In this document: positions 9,075 through 18,378 of the stretch, piece by piece | How positions within the stretch are numbered: position 1 is the first letter of the stretch | Layout: each line of letters starts with the position of its first letter | Notes under the pieces: model-generated | What the model saw: the letters and a program-made list of their open reading frames with translations, nothing else | What the model was told of the DNA's origin: nothing | Database searches by the model: none | From: a virus | Direction: 5' to 3' (one strand) | DNA length: 64,000 bases | Virus record (IMG/VR): IMGVR_UViG_3300028920_000068 | Location: 6,427-70,426 of that record | Translations under genes and position numbers: made by a program

Positions 9075-10226
9075 ATGGCTTCGATAAAAATTAAAAAAGA
9101 TGGTAATTCAACTCTGGTTGGTACAGTGGTTCCTGTGGGCTCCAGACATGAACCAGATAATATCAAGGGCATTTCTCATTTACTCGAACACATGATGTTT
9201 AAAGGGACTGGAAAACGGGATAAGAATGAGCTCAAGCAAGCCTTAGACAGATATGGGGCGGAGTTTAATGCTTGGACATCAGAAGAACATACGTTTTATT
9301 ATGCGGTTATTAGTAAACAATATGCGGAGATGGCTCGGGAAATTATTGATGATATGGTTAATCATTCTATTATTCCCGCTAATGAATTAGACAAAGAAAA
9401 ACAGGTTGTTCTTCAAGAATTGGAAATGGGAGAAGATGATCCCGGGAGTCATATTTTTGAAGTAGCTAAACAGCAGATTTTTAATAAAGGTTCTGGTTTA
9501 CACATTCCAATTATCGGTACTCGAGAAACTGTTCAGTCAATTGATCGACAGACTTTATTGGATTATTATTCGACTAAGTATAAAACTAAAATGAATTTGG
9601 ATATTGGCGGAGTATTAAGAGAAGAACGGAATAGAGTTTATTTAGGAAATTCATTTTCTCGGGAACAAAATACCTATAATACAGACGATTATATTTTGCC
9701 AAGAAAAGGTATTAATCAAGCAAATATAGTTATGACCGGATCTTTTTCCGTTAATAGTATTAAGGAACGCTTTTTGCTAAATTTATGGAAGACAATTTTA
9801 AATGGGTTTTCCGGGAGATTTTTTGATGTCATTAGAGAACAACATAATTTAGTTTATCATACCAGCTTTTATACAGAAACACATAGCTGTGGAACGACCC
9901 AATATTATGGTTATGCTGGATTAATGCCAGAAAAAATTGCTCTTGCAAAAAAATTAATGTTAGAACTTTTGACAAAACCTGTTACAGAAGAAGAACTACA
10001 ATTCGCTAAGGGGAAGTATTTGGGCCAATATCAATTGGGCTTGGATAATAAAACTAAGATAGCCCAAATATTAATTAATACGACCTTGGCTGAGATAGAT
10101 TATGAGGCTTATCTTAGACATTATGAGAAATATATTAATGGTGTAACGCTCTCTGATCTAAATCGTTTTATTAAAAAAGCTGCTTTTGATAAGAGTAAAC
10201 TCGTTGCCATTGTACCAGAAAAATAA
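9075..10226 (+). CDS. M16 (pitrilysin/insulinase) family zinc peptidase
   Basis: GISHLLEHMMFKGT (inverted HxxEH), FNAWTSEEHT, EKQVVLQEL, RFFDVIREQHNLVY. Confidence 0.9.
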   Translation: MASIKIKKDGNSTLVGTVVPVGSRHEPDNIKGISHLLEHMMFKGTGKRDKNELKQALDRYGAEFNAWTSEEHTFYYAVISKQYAEMAREIIDDMVNHSIIPANELDKEKQVVLQELEMGEDDPGSHIFEVAKQQIFNKGSGLHIPIIGTRETVQSIDRQTLLDYYSTKYKTKMNLDIGGVLREERNRVYLGNSFSREQNTYNTDDYILPRKGINQANIVMTGSFSVNSIKERFLLNLWKTILNGFSGRFFDVIREQHNLVYHTSFYTETHSCGTTQYYGYAGLMPEKIALAKKLMLELLTKPVTEEELQFAKGKYLGQYQLGLDNKTKIAQILINTTLAEIDYEAYLRHYEKYINGVTLSDLNRFIKKAAFDKSKLVAIVPEK

Positions 10227-10234
10227 GGCTTATT

Positions 10235-10654
10235 ATGATAAAGAAAAGAAAAGGTATACAATTTTTTAGGCAAGTATTAAAGGACTTGTTTTATGAGTAT
10301 AAGTCTAAAATGCGTCTTAATAAAAACTGGGATATTAAATTCCGGGTAGAGAAAAAGAAAGATATTTATGCAGAAGTTGAATATGCCTATGAAGATCGAG
10401 ACTTTACTGTTAAAATTAATGATGAAATGAATGAAACGATTCACTCATTAAGGGACTCTATTATCCATGAATTTTGGCATATTTTATTGTCACCTATGAA
10501 GGATCGCTTTGAACGAACCTTAGATAAGATTGAGCAAGGGAAACCGATTAATATTAAAAGACTCAGAAAACAAATTAAAAATGAAGATGAACGGCTCGTC
10601 CGTAAGTTTACTCGAATGATTACAGATTTAGAAAAGAGAAAAAATGCAAATTGA
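10235..10654 (+). CDS. Small zincin-like (SprT/ImmA-like) protein
   Basis: IIHEFWH. Confidence 0.55.
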   Translation: MIKKRKGIQFFRQVLKDLFYEYKSKMRLNKNWDIKFRVEKKKDIYAEVEYAYEDRDFTVKINDEMNETIHSLRDSIIHEFWHILLSPMKDRFERTLDKIEQGKPINIKRLRKQIKNEDERLVRKFTRMITDLEKRKNAN

Positions 10655-11339
10655 AAGATATAAAAAAGGTATTTATAGGTTCTATAATATTGAGAGTATC
10701 GGTGAATTACCTTCTGTGACAACCATTTTAGGAATGTTACCTAAGCCAAAAATTGTATTATGGGCGGTCTTACAAACCATTAAATTCCTAAAGGAAAGAG
10801 GAGATCTTTCTCGAACATCAACATCTTTAGGGTCTGTATTTTATAAGAGATTACTATCTTTATTGGCAAAAGAAGGAACCAATAGTCACGAACTTATTGA
10901 AGCTTATGCTCTACGAGGTGAAGACTCCGATCACGATGCTGTTAAACGATACAAAAAATTCGAGGCTCAATCTGGTTTCGTTTGTGAAAAAGCAGAATTT
11001 GTTGTTTGGGATGCAGAAGATTATAGGAGTGCTGGAACTGGGGACTTATTTGGTAAATGCTCGCATATTCCGATTTTATGGGATTTAAAGACTTCCAAAA
11101 ATATTTATCTTTCACATAAAATTCAAGCCTGTATCTATAAAGATATGTATTGTAAAATGAATGGTCTTGATCCAAAAACTGTAAAATCAGGGGTGCTCTT
11201 AATCCCTCGGGATAAAAAAAGAAGCTGGAAATCTTATATTAATTCTGAAGAGGAAGAAGAAACTTATCGGAAAATTTTTAGGCTATTAAGTAGCTTGTTT
11301 CATACCCTATTAGAAATCGGTGACTTAGACTTATGTTAA
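10644..11339 (+). CDS. PD-(D/E)XK exonuclease (phage RecB-like)
   Basis: LPSVTTIL, GTxxH, AGTGDL, WDLKTS, QACIY. Confidence 0.8.
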   Translation: MQIERYKKGIYRFYNIESIGELPSVTTILGMLPKPKIVLWAVLQTIKFLKERGDLSRTSTSLGSVFYKRLLSLLAKEGTNSHELIEAYALRGEDSDHDAVKRYKKFEAQSGFVCEKAEFVVWDAEDYRSAGTGDLFGKCSHIPILWDLKTSKNIYLSHKIQACIYKDMYCKMNGLDPKTVKSGVLLIPRDKKRSWKSYINSEEEEETYRKIFRLLSSLFHTLLEIGDLDLC

Positions 11340-11381
11340 AATTATGTAATCGTTGTAAACAATTAAAAAGTGAAAAAACAC

Positions 11382-11410
11382 TTGACAAATCAATAAAAAT
11401 ATGGTATACT
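11382..11410 (+). promoter_or_regulatory. Sigma70-type promoter with extended -10
   Basis: TTGACA-17 nt-TATACT with TG at -15/-14, followed by SD AGGAGG. Confidence 0.8.
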
Positions 11411-11429
11411 TATAATAGGAGGAATTTTA

Positions 11430-12089
11430 ATGACTAGATTAAAAGAATTAAAAAAATATATTCAAGAAAATAGAGAAACTGGATTAGCGTATTGCTCTCA
11501 GATTTTTAATCTGACCCGCTTAAATGAGCCTGATCTCTTTTATCATTTGGTGTTTTGTTTATTGGTTCCTGCGGGTAATGCTAGAAAAACCGATCAAGCC
11601 GTAAAATTATTAAAGGAAAGAAATTATTTGAATAAGTACATAGATGATATTTCCTTATATTATCTTATTCGGTCTTATGTTCGGTTTCCTAGACAAAAAG
11701 CTGTAAGACTCCACAGTTTTAAAGCAACCGCTAAGAGTTTTATTAAAGGTTTAAAATCTATGCTTGAGGGAAACACAGAGGCTTCTGAACTCAGAGATTA
11801 CTTGAGAAATCGGGTAAAGGGTATGGGTTATAAAGCCTCCAGTCATTTCTTACGAGATATTGGGGTCTTAAACTTGGCTATACTTGATACCCATGTATTA
11901 AAGTATAAACCATATTTTATGCCAAAAAATAAACAAGATTATGAACCGGGAAGAGCTAAACATTATTTAGAAATGGAAAAATATTTTTCTAAATGGGCTC
12001 GAAAAGAATTTGATATGGCCCCGGCACACCTTGACTGGTTTGTTTGGTGTAAAGAATCTGGAAATCCTATAACTGCACTGGAGTATTAA
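11430..12089 (+). CDS. ogg: 8-oxoguanine DNA glycosylase/AP lyase (thermostable Ogg family, HhH-GPD)
   Basis: VFCLL, VRFP...KA, VKGMGYKASSHFLRDIG...LAILDTHVL, LD..VW. Confidence 0.85.
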   Translation: MTRLKELKKYIQENRETGLAYCSQIFNLTRLNEPDLFYHLVFCLLVPAGNARKTDQAVKLLKERNYLNKYIDDISLYYLIRSYVRFPRQKAVRLHSFKATAKSFIKGLKSMLEGNTEASELRDYLRNRVKGMGYKASSHFLRDIGVLNLAILDTHVLKYKPYFMPKNKQDYEPGRAKHYLEMEKYFSKWARKEFDMAPAHLDWFVWCKESGNPITALEY

Positions 12090-12090
12090 A

Positions 12091-12498
12091 ATGTTAGAGG
12101 TTTATATTGATGGTAGTTGTAGAGGGAATGGCACAGAAAAGGCGGTTGGTGGTTTAGGTGTCATATCTTATAAAGATGGGGTTAAATATGCTTCTATGCA
12201 ATTACGTTTATTAAAGCCCGTTACAAATAATGAGGCTGAATATGCGGCCCTTATGTATGCTCTTAATTTAATCGTGGGTTTAAAAGATAAAATTATTATT
12301 TATTCAGATAGTAAATTAGTAGTTAATCAAGTGAATAAAAAATGGAGAATTAAAACAGAACATTTGCGTAAACCTTGTGAGGTTTGTCAAGAAGGTATGG
12401 CTTGCTTTAAGGATATAACTCTTCAATGGCTGCCTCGACAAAAAAATCAAGAGGCAAATGATCTAGCTCAATCAATAACGGAGGTTTCTAATGACTAA
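12091..12498 (+). CDS. rnhA: Ribonuclease HI
   Basis: YIDGSCRGN, TNNEAEYAAL, YSDSKLVVNQV, WLPRQKNQEANDLA. Confidence 0.9.
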   Translation: MLEVYIDGSCRGNGTEKAVGGLGVISYKDGVKYASMQLRLLKPVTNNEAEYAALMYALNLIVGLKDKIIIYSDSKLVVNQVNKKWRIKTEHLRKPCEVCQEGMACFKDITLQWLPRQKNQEANDLAQSITEVSND

Positions 12499-13636
12499 AA
12501 AGGTCTGGACTGGGGATAAATTAACATCATTAATTATTGGTCTTAAATTTGGGGCTTCGAATCAAGACTTAGCCAAAGAATTTAAAACCACACCAAAAGC
12601 TATTGAGAGAGCGGTAAGTAATTATGGTCTAGCTAAATATAGAGATCATCGAGTAACTCCGGTAAAAGATGAAATCTTGGTTAAAGAAGTTAAGAGAAAA
12701 AAAGTAACTAAGAGTGAGATGAAAGAGCTTATTAAATATTTAGGGGCCGAAATTTATAATAATTATCAAATAGTTAAATTACCAGAACCTAAAACGCAGA
12801 AAGCAAAAAGCGGTAGAGAAGAAATTTCTATTTTAGATATAAGTGATGTGCATGTTGGAATGATTAATGAAACCTTTGACAATCGGAGTGCTAAAAAAGT
12901 GGTTACTTATAATTATGAGGTGTTTTTAAAAGAACTCGGTAATTTACAGAGTGCTATTTTTGATATTCATAAAATTTTAGAACCCTCATATCGGTTGAAA
13001 AAGATTGTTATTAATTTCCTTGGGGACATTATTACCAATGACCGAATTTTTGAAGAGCAGGTTTTTGAAATTGAAGAATGTGTTGGAAGACAGATTTGGA
13101 AAGCCATTCCTGTATTTGCTAATTTCTTTGTAAATTTATTGAATATTTATGAAGAGGTTGAGGTTAATTGTGTGGTTGGGAATCACGGACGTTCTCAAAA
13201 TCAGTATAATGAACCAGTGGAAAACAACTTTGAATATTTTATTTATAAGACATGGGAAAAACAATTTCAAGATAGTAAGCGAATCAAGATTAATGTCCCG
13301 GATTCCCGTAGAGCTATTATCAATATTGGCCCTTGGCGGCATTTATTGGAGCATGGGGACTCTATTAGGGGCTTTTCAGAAAATGCTATTGAAAAGCAGA
13401 TTAATAATCTTCATCGGGAAATGGGTGGTTTTGATGTCATGCACTTCGGCCATCTCCATAAATTAAAAGAAAGAGAAATTTCTGATAAAGTTATCGTTAA
13501 ACAGAATGGTTGCTGGATTTGGAAAGATGATTATGCTTTCAAATATTTCAAAACCTACTCTGTACCGAAGCAGCATTTCTTTGGTTGTAATGATAAGCGG
13601 GTGGAAACTTGGAATTATAAGCTGGATCTTCGTTAA
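12491..13636 (+). CDS. Calcineurin-like metallophosphoesterase with N-terminal HTH-like region
   Basis: ISDVHVG, LGDII, VGNHGR, EHGD, FGHLH. Confidence 0.8.
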   Translation: MTKKVWTGDKLTSLIIGLKFGASNQDLAKEFKTTPKAIERAVSNYGLAKYRDHRVTPVKDEILVKEVKRKKVTKSEMKELIKYLGAEIYNNYQIVKLPEPKTQKAKSGREEISILDISDVHVGMINETFDNRSAKKVVTYNYEVFLKELGNLQSAIFDIHKILEPSYRLKKIVINFLGDIITNDRIFEEQVFEIEECVGRQIWKAIPVFANFFVNLLNIYEEVEVNCVVGNHGRSQNQYNEPVENNFEYFIYKTWEKQFQDSKRIKINVPDSRRAIINIGPWRHLLEHGDSIRGFSENAIEKQINNLHREMGGFDVMHFGHLHKLKEREISDKVIVKQNGCWIWKDDYAFKYFKTYSVPKQHFFGCNDKRVETWNYKLDLR

Positions 13637-13651
13637 TTATTAAAATGCTCT

Positions 13652-13666
13652 AAATTGTATTTAATA
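13652..13666 (+). promoter_or_regulatory. Phage-specific (putative late) promoter core motif, + strand copy
   Basis: AAATTGTATTTAATA, identical to three - strand copies upstream of virion operons; precedes the gene run containing terminase and portal. Confidence 0.65.
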
Positions 13667-13685
13667 AAAGGAGTTTTTATATAAA

Positions 13686-14138
13686 ATGGCTAAAAAATTC
13701 TTAATTTTAAGCCGGGCCCGAGCAGAACAATATTGTCCTCAAGTGCCCCATGTCGCTATTTCCGTGCGTGATCCTAACTCATATAAGGCTCGCCTGCCTA
13801 AAAACAGGGAAAGATTGGCTGCTCTCTATTTGAGTTTTGATGATTTAGACTTTAGGCCAGATAGTGTTGGTGATCGAAAAGTTGTGTTATTTAACACCAA
13901 ACAAGCTAAACGAATTCTTAAATTTTATGAACAGTGGCGGGAGCAAGTATCGGTCTTTATAATTAATTGTGAGGCTGGAATTAGTCGAAGTGCCGCTATT
14001 GGAGCAGCTTTATGTAAAATTTCGGGACAAACAGATACAGACTTCTTCAGGAATTATTTACCTAATCGGTTCATTTATAGAAAAATTTTGGGGGCAAAAT
14101 ACGGTGGTTATGAAGAAACAGAAAAAGATAAAAATTAG
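13686..14138 (+). CDS. Protein-tyrosine/dual-specificity phosphatase-like protein
   Basis: INCEAGISRSAA (CX5R loop), LSFDD. Confidence 0.8.
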   Translation: MAKKFLILSRARAEQYCPQVPHVAISVRDPNSYKARLPKNRERLAALYLSFDDLDFRPDSVGDRKVVLFNTKQAKRILKFYEQWREQVSVFIINCEAGISRSAAIGAALCKISGQTDTDFFRNYLPNRFIYRKILGAKYGGYEETEKDKN

Positions 14139-14423
14139 TTCTTTACAAGTGAATAAACAGACCAGAAAAGTGTGGCTAATCAATCCAAAAACTCGGGTAA
14201 AGCCCTCAGATAAGAAATATAAACGAAGTAAAGCCAAGCGTAAATTTCGTAAAAAATTGAGAGAAGAGTATGATATTGATTAAAAAATTTATTGGATTAG
14301 TTTTTATGATTATCGGTTCTTTAATAATGACTCCGATTGTATTAGCAGTTATTAGTGGAATATTAATTTTTTTTGGTGGAATATATCTCTTTTTAATCGG
14401 ATTGAACTTATGGGAGTTTTGAT

Positions 14424-15185
14424 ATGAGCTTAGACTCTATGCCAAAAATTGTTAAAGATTATGCTAAATATATTGAATATACTAATCTAAAATCCCCGAA
14501 CTCTAAACAAATTAAAAAAATTGTGCAAACAGCCAATGAGAGAGGTTATCTTGGTTTATGTTTACAGCCGGGAGATCTAGGTGTAGCGATTAAATATAAA
14601 CGACCTAAATTAAAATTAATTACGGTAGCTGGATTTCCACCAATCCATTCTTTTAATTTATTCGCAGATAACCGAAATAAACGATTGCATTTCGTACTGG
14701 GTTTCTATCGAAAGAAGGATATTGAAGAAATTAATACAATTATTGATAATGGTATCGCTGATGAATTAGATCTGGTTTTCCCTATGTATTGGTATGCCCG
14801 GGGAAAGTTTACTCGAATCTATAAGTTTCTTTCTGGAATTAAAAAAAGATATAGAAAACCAGTTAAGGTTATTATTGAGCTTGGAACAATCCTGAATCGA
14901 GATGTGGTACTCTATGAGGTTATTGATTTACTAAAACAATCTAGTGTAGATTATCTTAAAACCAATACAGGCTTAATTAAACAGCCATTTAAAAATTTAT
15001 ATGCTTCAATTTTTCATACTAAATTATTGATGCGTGATATGAATATCCAGATTCCAATTAAGGCTTCTGGAGGAATTCGGACAGAAGAAGAGGTGCAGAA
15101 ATTAATTCAAGCAGGCGTACATAGAATTGGGACAAGTTCTGTCCCTAAAGTCACACAAAAAGACGAGGTAAAGAAAAATGATTAA
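14424..15185 (+). CDS. deoC: Deoxyribose-phosphate aldolase
   Basis: VAGFP, ADELDLV, VKVIIE, YLKTNTG, IKASGGIR, RIGTSS. Confidence 0.85.
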   Translation: MSLDSMPKIVKDYAKYIEYTNLKSPNSKQIKKIVQTANERGYLGLCLQPGDLGVAIKYKRPKLKLITVAGFPPIHSFNLFADNRNKRLHFVLGFYRKKDIEEINTIIDNGIADELDLVFPMYWYARGKFTRIYKFLSGIKKRYRKPVKVIIELGTILNRDVVLYEVIDLLKQSSVDYLKTNTGLIKQPFKNLYASIFHTKLLMRDMNIQIPIKASGGIRTEEEVQKLIQAGVHRIGTSSVPKVTQKDEVKKND

Positions 15186-15453
15186 AGACATTCCAAAAGA
15201 AGTTCAAGAAATAATGAGTTATCTAGCACATGATTTTGCCCGATCAATGAAAGATCCGGTACAGGATGAACAAGATTTGTATAATGATATGGTAGTCTTA
15301 TACTTAGAAAATAAACAGACAAAAAAAGTAAAAGACCCTACGGATAAAAATCAGTGGTTCGTTTTCTTTAAAAGCCAAATGTTAAATAAATACAAAAAAT
15401 TGGCCGCCGAAAGACGGGGCCTTGATCGTTTAAAGAAATTATCACGGATTTAA
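15178..15453 (+). CDS. Sigma70 region-2-like protein (candidate half of a split sigma factor)
   Basis: EQDLYNDMVVLYLE resembles the region 2.2 core-binding DLxQ helix; WFVFFKSQMLNKYKK resembles region 2.3/2.4. Confidence 0.45.
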   Translation: MIKDIPKEVQEIMSYLAHDFARSMKDPVQDEQDLYNDMVVLYLENKQTKKVKDPTDKNQWFVFFKSQMLNKYKKLAAERRGLDRLKKLSRI

Positions 15454-15454
15454 T

Positions 15455-15838
15455 ATGACAGCTAAACGTAAGAAACCTAAAAAATATCGCAAGAGGGAAA
15501 AAGTTAAACCTATTAGGGAGATTCAATTTAATCTTCCTCGAGCATTAAAAACATACTTAAATGATAAAGAAATATTATTGTTAAAGGGTATGTTGGCAAA
15601 TTATACAATTCAAGATATGGCTGTAATTACGGGATATAATCGTAAAAATATTATGGAACGCTTAATTGATCTTGGTAGAGCATTACACGCTTTTGAATTA
15701 GCAGAACAAAAAATATTTCCCGAAAATGTGCCAAGTGCGGATTATTTGGTAGGGTTTAATGATTGTAAACGATTAATTAGGAGGTTAATTAATGAGCGGC
15801 TCAACTGGCGGAAGACCGTCAAAAACAGAAATCCATGA
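15455..15838 (+). CDS. Sigma70 region-4-like HTH protein (candidate second half of a split sigma factor)
   Basis: LNDKEILLL...YTIQDMAVITGYNRKNIMERL matches the region 4/LuxR HTH pattern. Confidence 0.5.
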   Translation: MTAKRKKPKKYRKREKVKPIREIQFNLPRALKTYLNDKEILLLKGMLANYTIQDMAVITGYNRKNIMERLIDLGRALHAFELAEQKIFPENVPSADYLVGFNDCKRLIRRLINERLNWRKTVKNRNP

Positions 15839-16595
15839 ACGTAGAGAAAAAACTCGAGAACTTTTTTTAAAAGGTAAAACACCGCATCAAATTTCAAAGG
15901 CTTTGAGGATTCATTATAATACAGCCCTTGCTGATGTGCAATATTTACAGGCTCGGTATACTTCTCTTATTGTTAAAAATTCTCAGCTTGCGAAAAGACA
16001 GTTGGCTCGAGTAGAGCAGTTACTTGATGAAGTAGGTATTCTTAAAGAAAATTATTGGGAACTCTATAAAGAAATTCAGGAAAAAGTAAAAGAAAATAAG
16101 CGAAAGCTTAAAGAGTGGGAAAGGGAGGTTAAGGCTGTAAAAGCCGAATTAAAAGAAGCAGAAGAACAATATGCGGAAAATCGTTTTGATAAAGAGGCCC
16201 GTATTCGGGCCCGAGAATTAAGAAAGAAATTTGATTTAATTTCCCGGGAACCTCGGTATCCAGCCTATATTACTGCTCGAATTGATGCGTTAAAGGCTAT
16301 TTTAGATAGAGTGGATAAAGAATCTAAACTTTTAAACCTATTTAATCCACAAGCTTTAATTGATAAGAATTATGTTTCTGTTGAAGTATTGAAAAGTGTT
16401 ATGAAAATTTTCCAAAGTATCATTACCGATCTCATTCCTGAAGAAAAAAGACGATATGCTTTTAAACGATTAAAAACCATTGATATACAAAGCCTTGGTG
16501 GAGAAGAGGTTATAAATGCTGAATTCACTGAGAGCCGTCCCAAGAAACCAAAGAAAGTTAAGAAATCATCTGATGATGAGGAGATTGATATTTAA
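15792..16595 (+). CDS. Putative terminase small subunit (N-terminal HTH + coiled coil)
   Basis: GGRP...ERREKTRELFLKGKTPHQISKAL HTH; directly upstream of and coupled to TerL. Confidence 0.6.
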   Translation: MSGSTGGRPSKTEIHERREKTRELFLKGKTPHQISKALRIHYNTALADVQYLQARYTSLIVKNSQLAKRQLARVEQLLDEVGILKENYWELYKEIQEKVKENKRKLKEWEREVKAVKAELKEAEEQYAENRFDKEARIRARELRKKFDLISREPRYPAYITARIDALKAILDRVDKESKLLNLFNPQALIDKNYVSVEVLKSVMKIFQSIITDLIPEEKRRYAFKRLKTIDIQSLGGEEVINAEFTESRPKKPKKVKKSSDDEEIDI

Positions 16596-18364
16596 TGGAA
16601 GACGATTATAAAAATACATGGTCAACTTTTTGGGAAGATGCGGAGCAAAAAGAAGCACAGCAATCTGGAACTTTTTCACAAATACCTGTATCTCCCGAAA
16701 TCTTTTTTCGGGATTGGTTAGAAACGCCACTTTTCCCCCGCCAACAAAAGGCTGTTAATGCGGCTTTTAATCCAAAGGCCACTATGCTTAGTGACAAATT
16801 TGCTGAATTTGTTTTAGCTTGGGGTAAGGGTTCTGGTAAGGATTTGACTATAGCCTGTCTCTTGTGTTATACTATTTATTGGCTCAGTTGTTTGAATGAT
16901 CCACAAGAAACTTTGGGTATTAAGAGCGGAGAACCTATTGATGTAGTCAATGTTGCTTTTGATGGAGATCAAGCTAAATCAGTCTTCTTTGAAAAATTTA
17001 TTCGCATGGTTCGAAATACCGTTGATCCTATGACAGGTAAAAATTTCTTTGAAGAAATGGGGATGAACATTGATCGGGACATTATTCGTAATCATGTTCT
17101 GTTTCCTAAAAATATCCGGGCATGGTCTTTGAATTCTAAGGAACATAAGGCTGAAGGTAAAAATGTAATCTTGGGTATTTTTGATGAGATTGGATCTTTT
17201 CGATTTGACCAAGCAGAAAATATTCGAAAGCATATCCGAACTTCGGCCCGGACAAGATGCCCGAAATATTATAAGTTGTTTTATATTTCTTATCTAACAT
17301 CACCCAATGATTATATGGCCTACCTTATTGATAGGGCCGAAGAGGGGCAGATGGGGAGAACATATTTTGATAGGGCGGCCACATGGGATGTACGCTCTAC
17401 TAAAAAATGTCCCAAGAATCTTTTAAAATATGTTGTTCATAAAGAAACTTATCAGGAAGAATATGACGAAGATCCAGCTACGGCTATGTTAATGTATGAA
17501 TGTAAAATTCCAAAGTATCGGGCTAATAATTTTATTAAGCGAGCCGATAGAATTACTGAATGTATTTCTTATGATAGACCCTCTCCAATGATTTTACAAG
17601 ACTATCCAGATGAGGATGGTTATTCTAGTTTCTGGACAAGAGATATTGCTTCAGAAGAGTTTGAGCACTGGTTTCGTCCATTTCATACTTATGAGATTGA
17701 GGTAATGGAACGGGAATATGAAAAGAATCCTTCTGAGGATTTAGAGAATCGCATTAAAATTGAAAAAGAAAGACATTCGGCGGCTCAGTATTATATTCAT
17801 ATCGACCTTTCTCGAGGTGTAGTGGATGGTGCTGGCTTAGTAATGGGACATACTTACCGTATTTTGGATAAGACTAAAATTTATGTAGATTTAATGTTAC
17901 AGATTAGAGCTCCCCGTTCAGTTGATGGAAAACCAAAAGAAATTGATTTGAACGATATTTTAGAATTTGTCATTGAAAATTTACAGAAAAAATTAAAATT
18001 CCCTATTGTTAAGATTACCGCAGACGGTTGGAACTCTGCTTTATTTTTAAATATCTGCGAGAAAAATGGTATTGAGGCCAAGTTAATTTCATTAGAAAAA
18101 AATACTGGGCCGTATGATACACTCAAAGATTTCATATACAGAAAGGATATTTCTTATTATTTATATCCCACAGCTATTCGAGAATTAACTGAGTTGATTG
18201 TTACCGAAAAAAAGAAAATTGACCATCCAAGAAAAAGTAAGTGGCGTATGAGAGAAGAGGGTGTCAACTTAGGGAGTAAAGATATTTCAGATTGCTTGGC
18301 TGGAATTGTAGCCAGCATAACCGAAGAATCCGACGGAGAACCCTTAGCCGTCGCAGGTAAATAA
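16595..18364 (+). CDS. terL: Terminase large subunit
   Basis: PLFPRQ, Walker A GKGSGKD, Walker B GIFDEIG, nuclease YIHIDLS, TADGW, KIDHP...SKDISD. Confidence 0.9.
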   Translation: MEDDYKNTWSTFWEDAEQKEAQQSGTFSQIPVSPEIFFRDWLETPLFPRQQKAVNAAFNPKATMLSDKFAEFVLAWGKGSGKDLTIACLLCYTIYWLSCLNDPQETLGIKSGEPIDVVNVAFDGDQAKSVFFEKFIRMVRNTVDPMTGKNFFEEMGMNIDRDIIRNHVLFPKNIRAWSLNSKEHKAEGKNVILGIFDEIGSFRFDQAENIRKHIRTSARTRCPKYYKLFYISYLTSPNDYMAYLIDRAEEGQMGRTYFDRAATWDVRSTKKCPKNLLKYVVHKETYQEEYDEDPATAMLMYECKIPKYRANNFIKRADRITECISYDRPSPMILQDYPDEDGYSSFWTRDIASEEFEHWFRPFHTYEIEVMEREYEKNPSEDLENRIKIEKERHSAAQYYIHIDLSRGVVDGAGLVMGHTYRILDKTKIYVDLMLQIRAPRSVDGKPKEIDLNDILEFVIENLQKKLKFPIVKITADGWNSALFLNICEKNGIEAKLISLEKNTGPYDTLKDFIYRKDISYYLYPTAIRELTELIVTEKKKIDHPRKSKWRMREEGVNLGSKDISDCLAGIVASITEESDGEPLAVAGK

Positions 18365-18378
18365 AGGAGGATATAATA

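Noticed and set aside
10644-11339. Cas4
   Set aside because: Has the PD-(D/E)XK core but not the four-Cys Fe-S arrangement; an ordinary phage exonuclease.
11333-11436. Short MLKLCNRCKQLKS frame resembling an HNH endonuclease N-terminus
   Set aside because: Too short and overlaps the promoter; at most a remnant, which cannot be supported.
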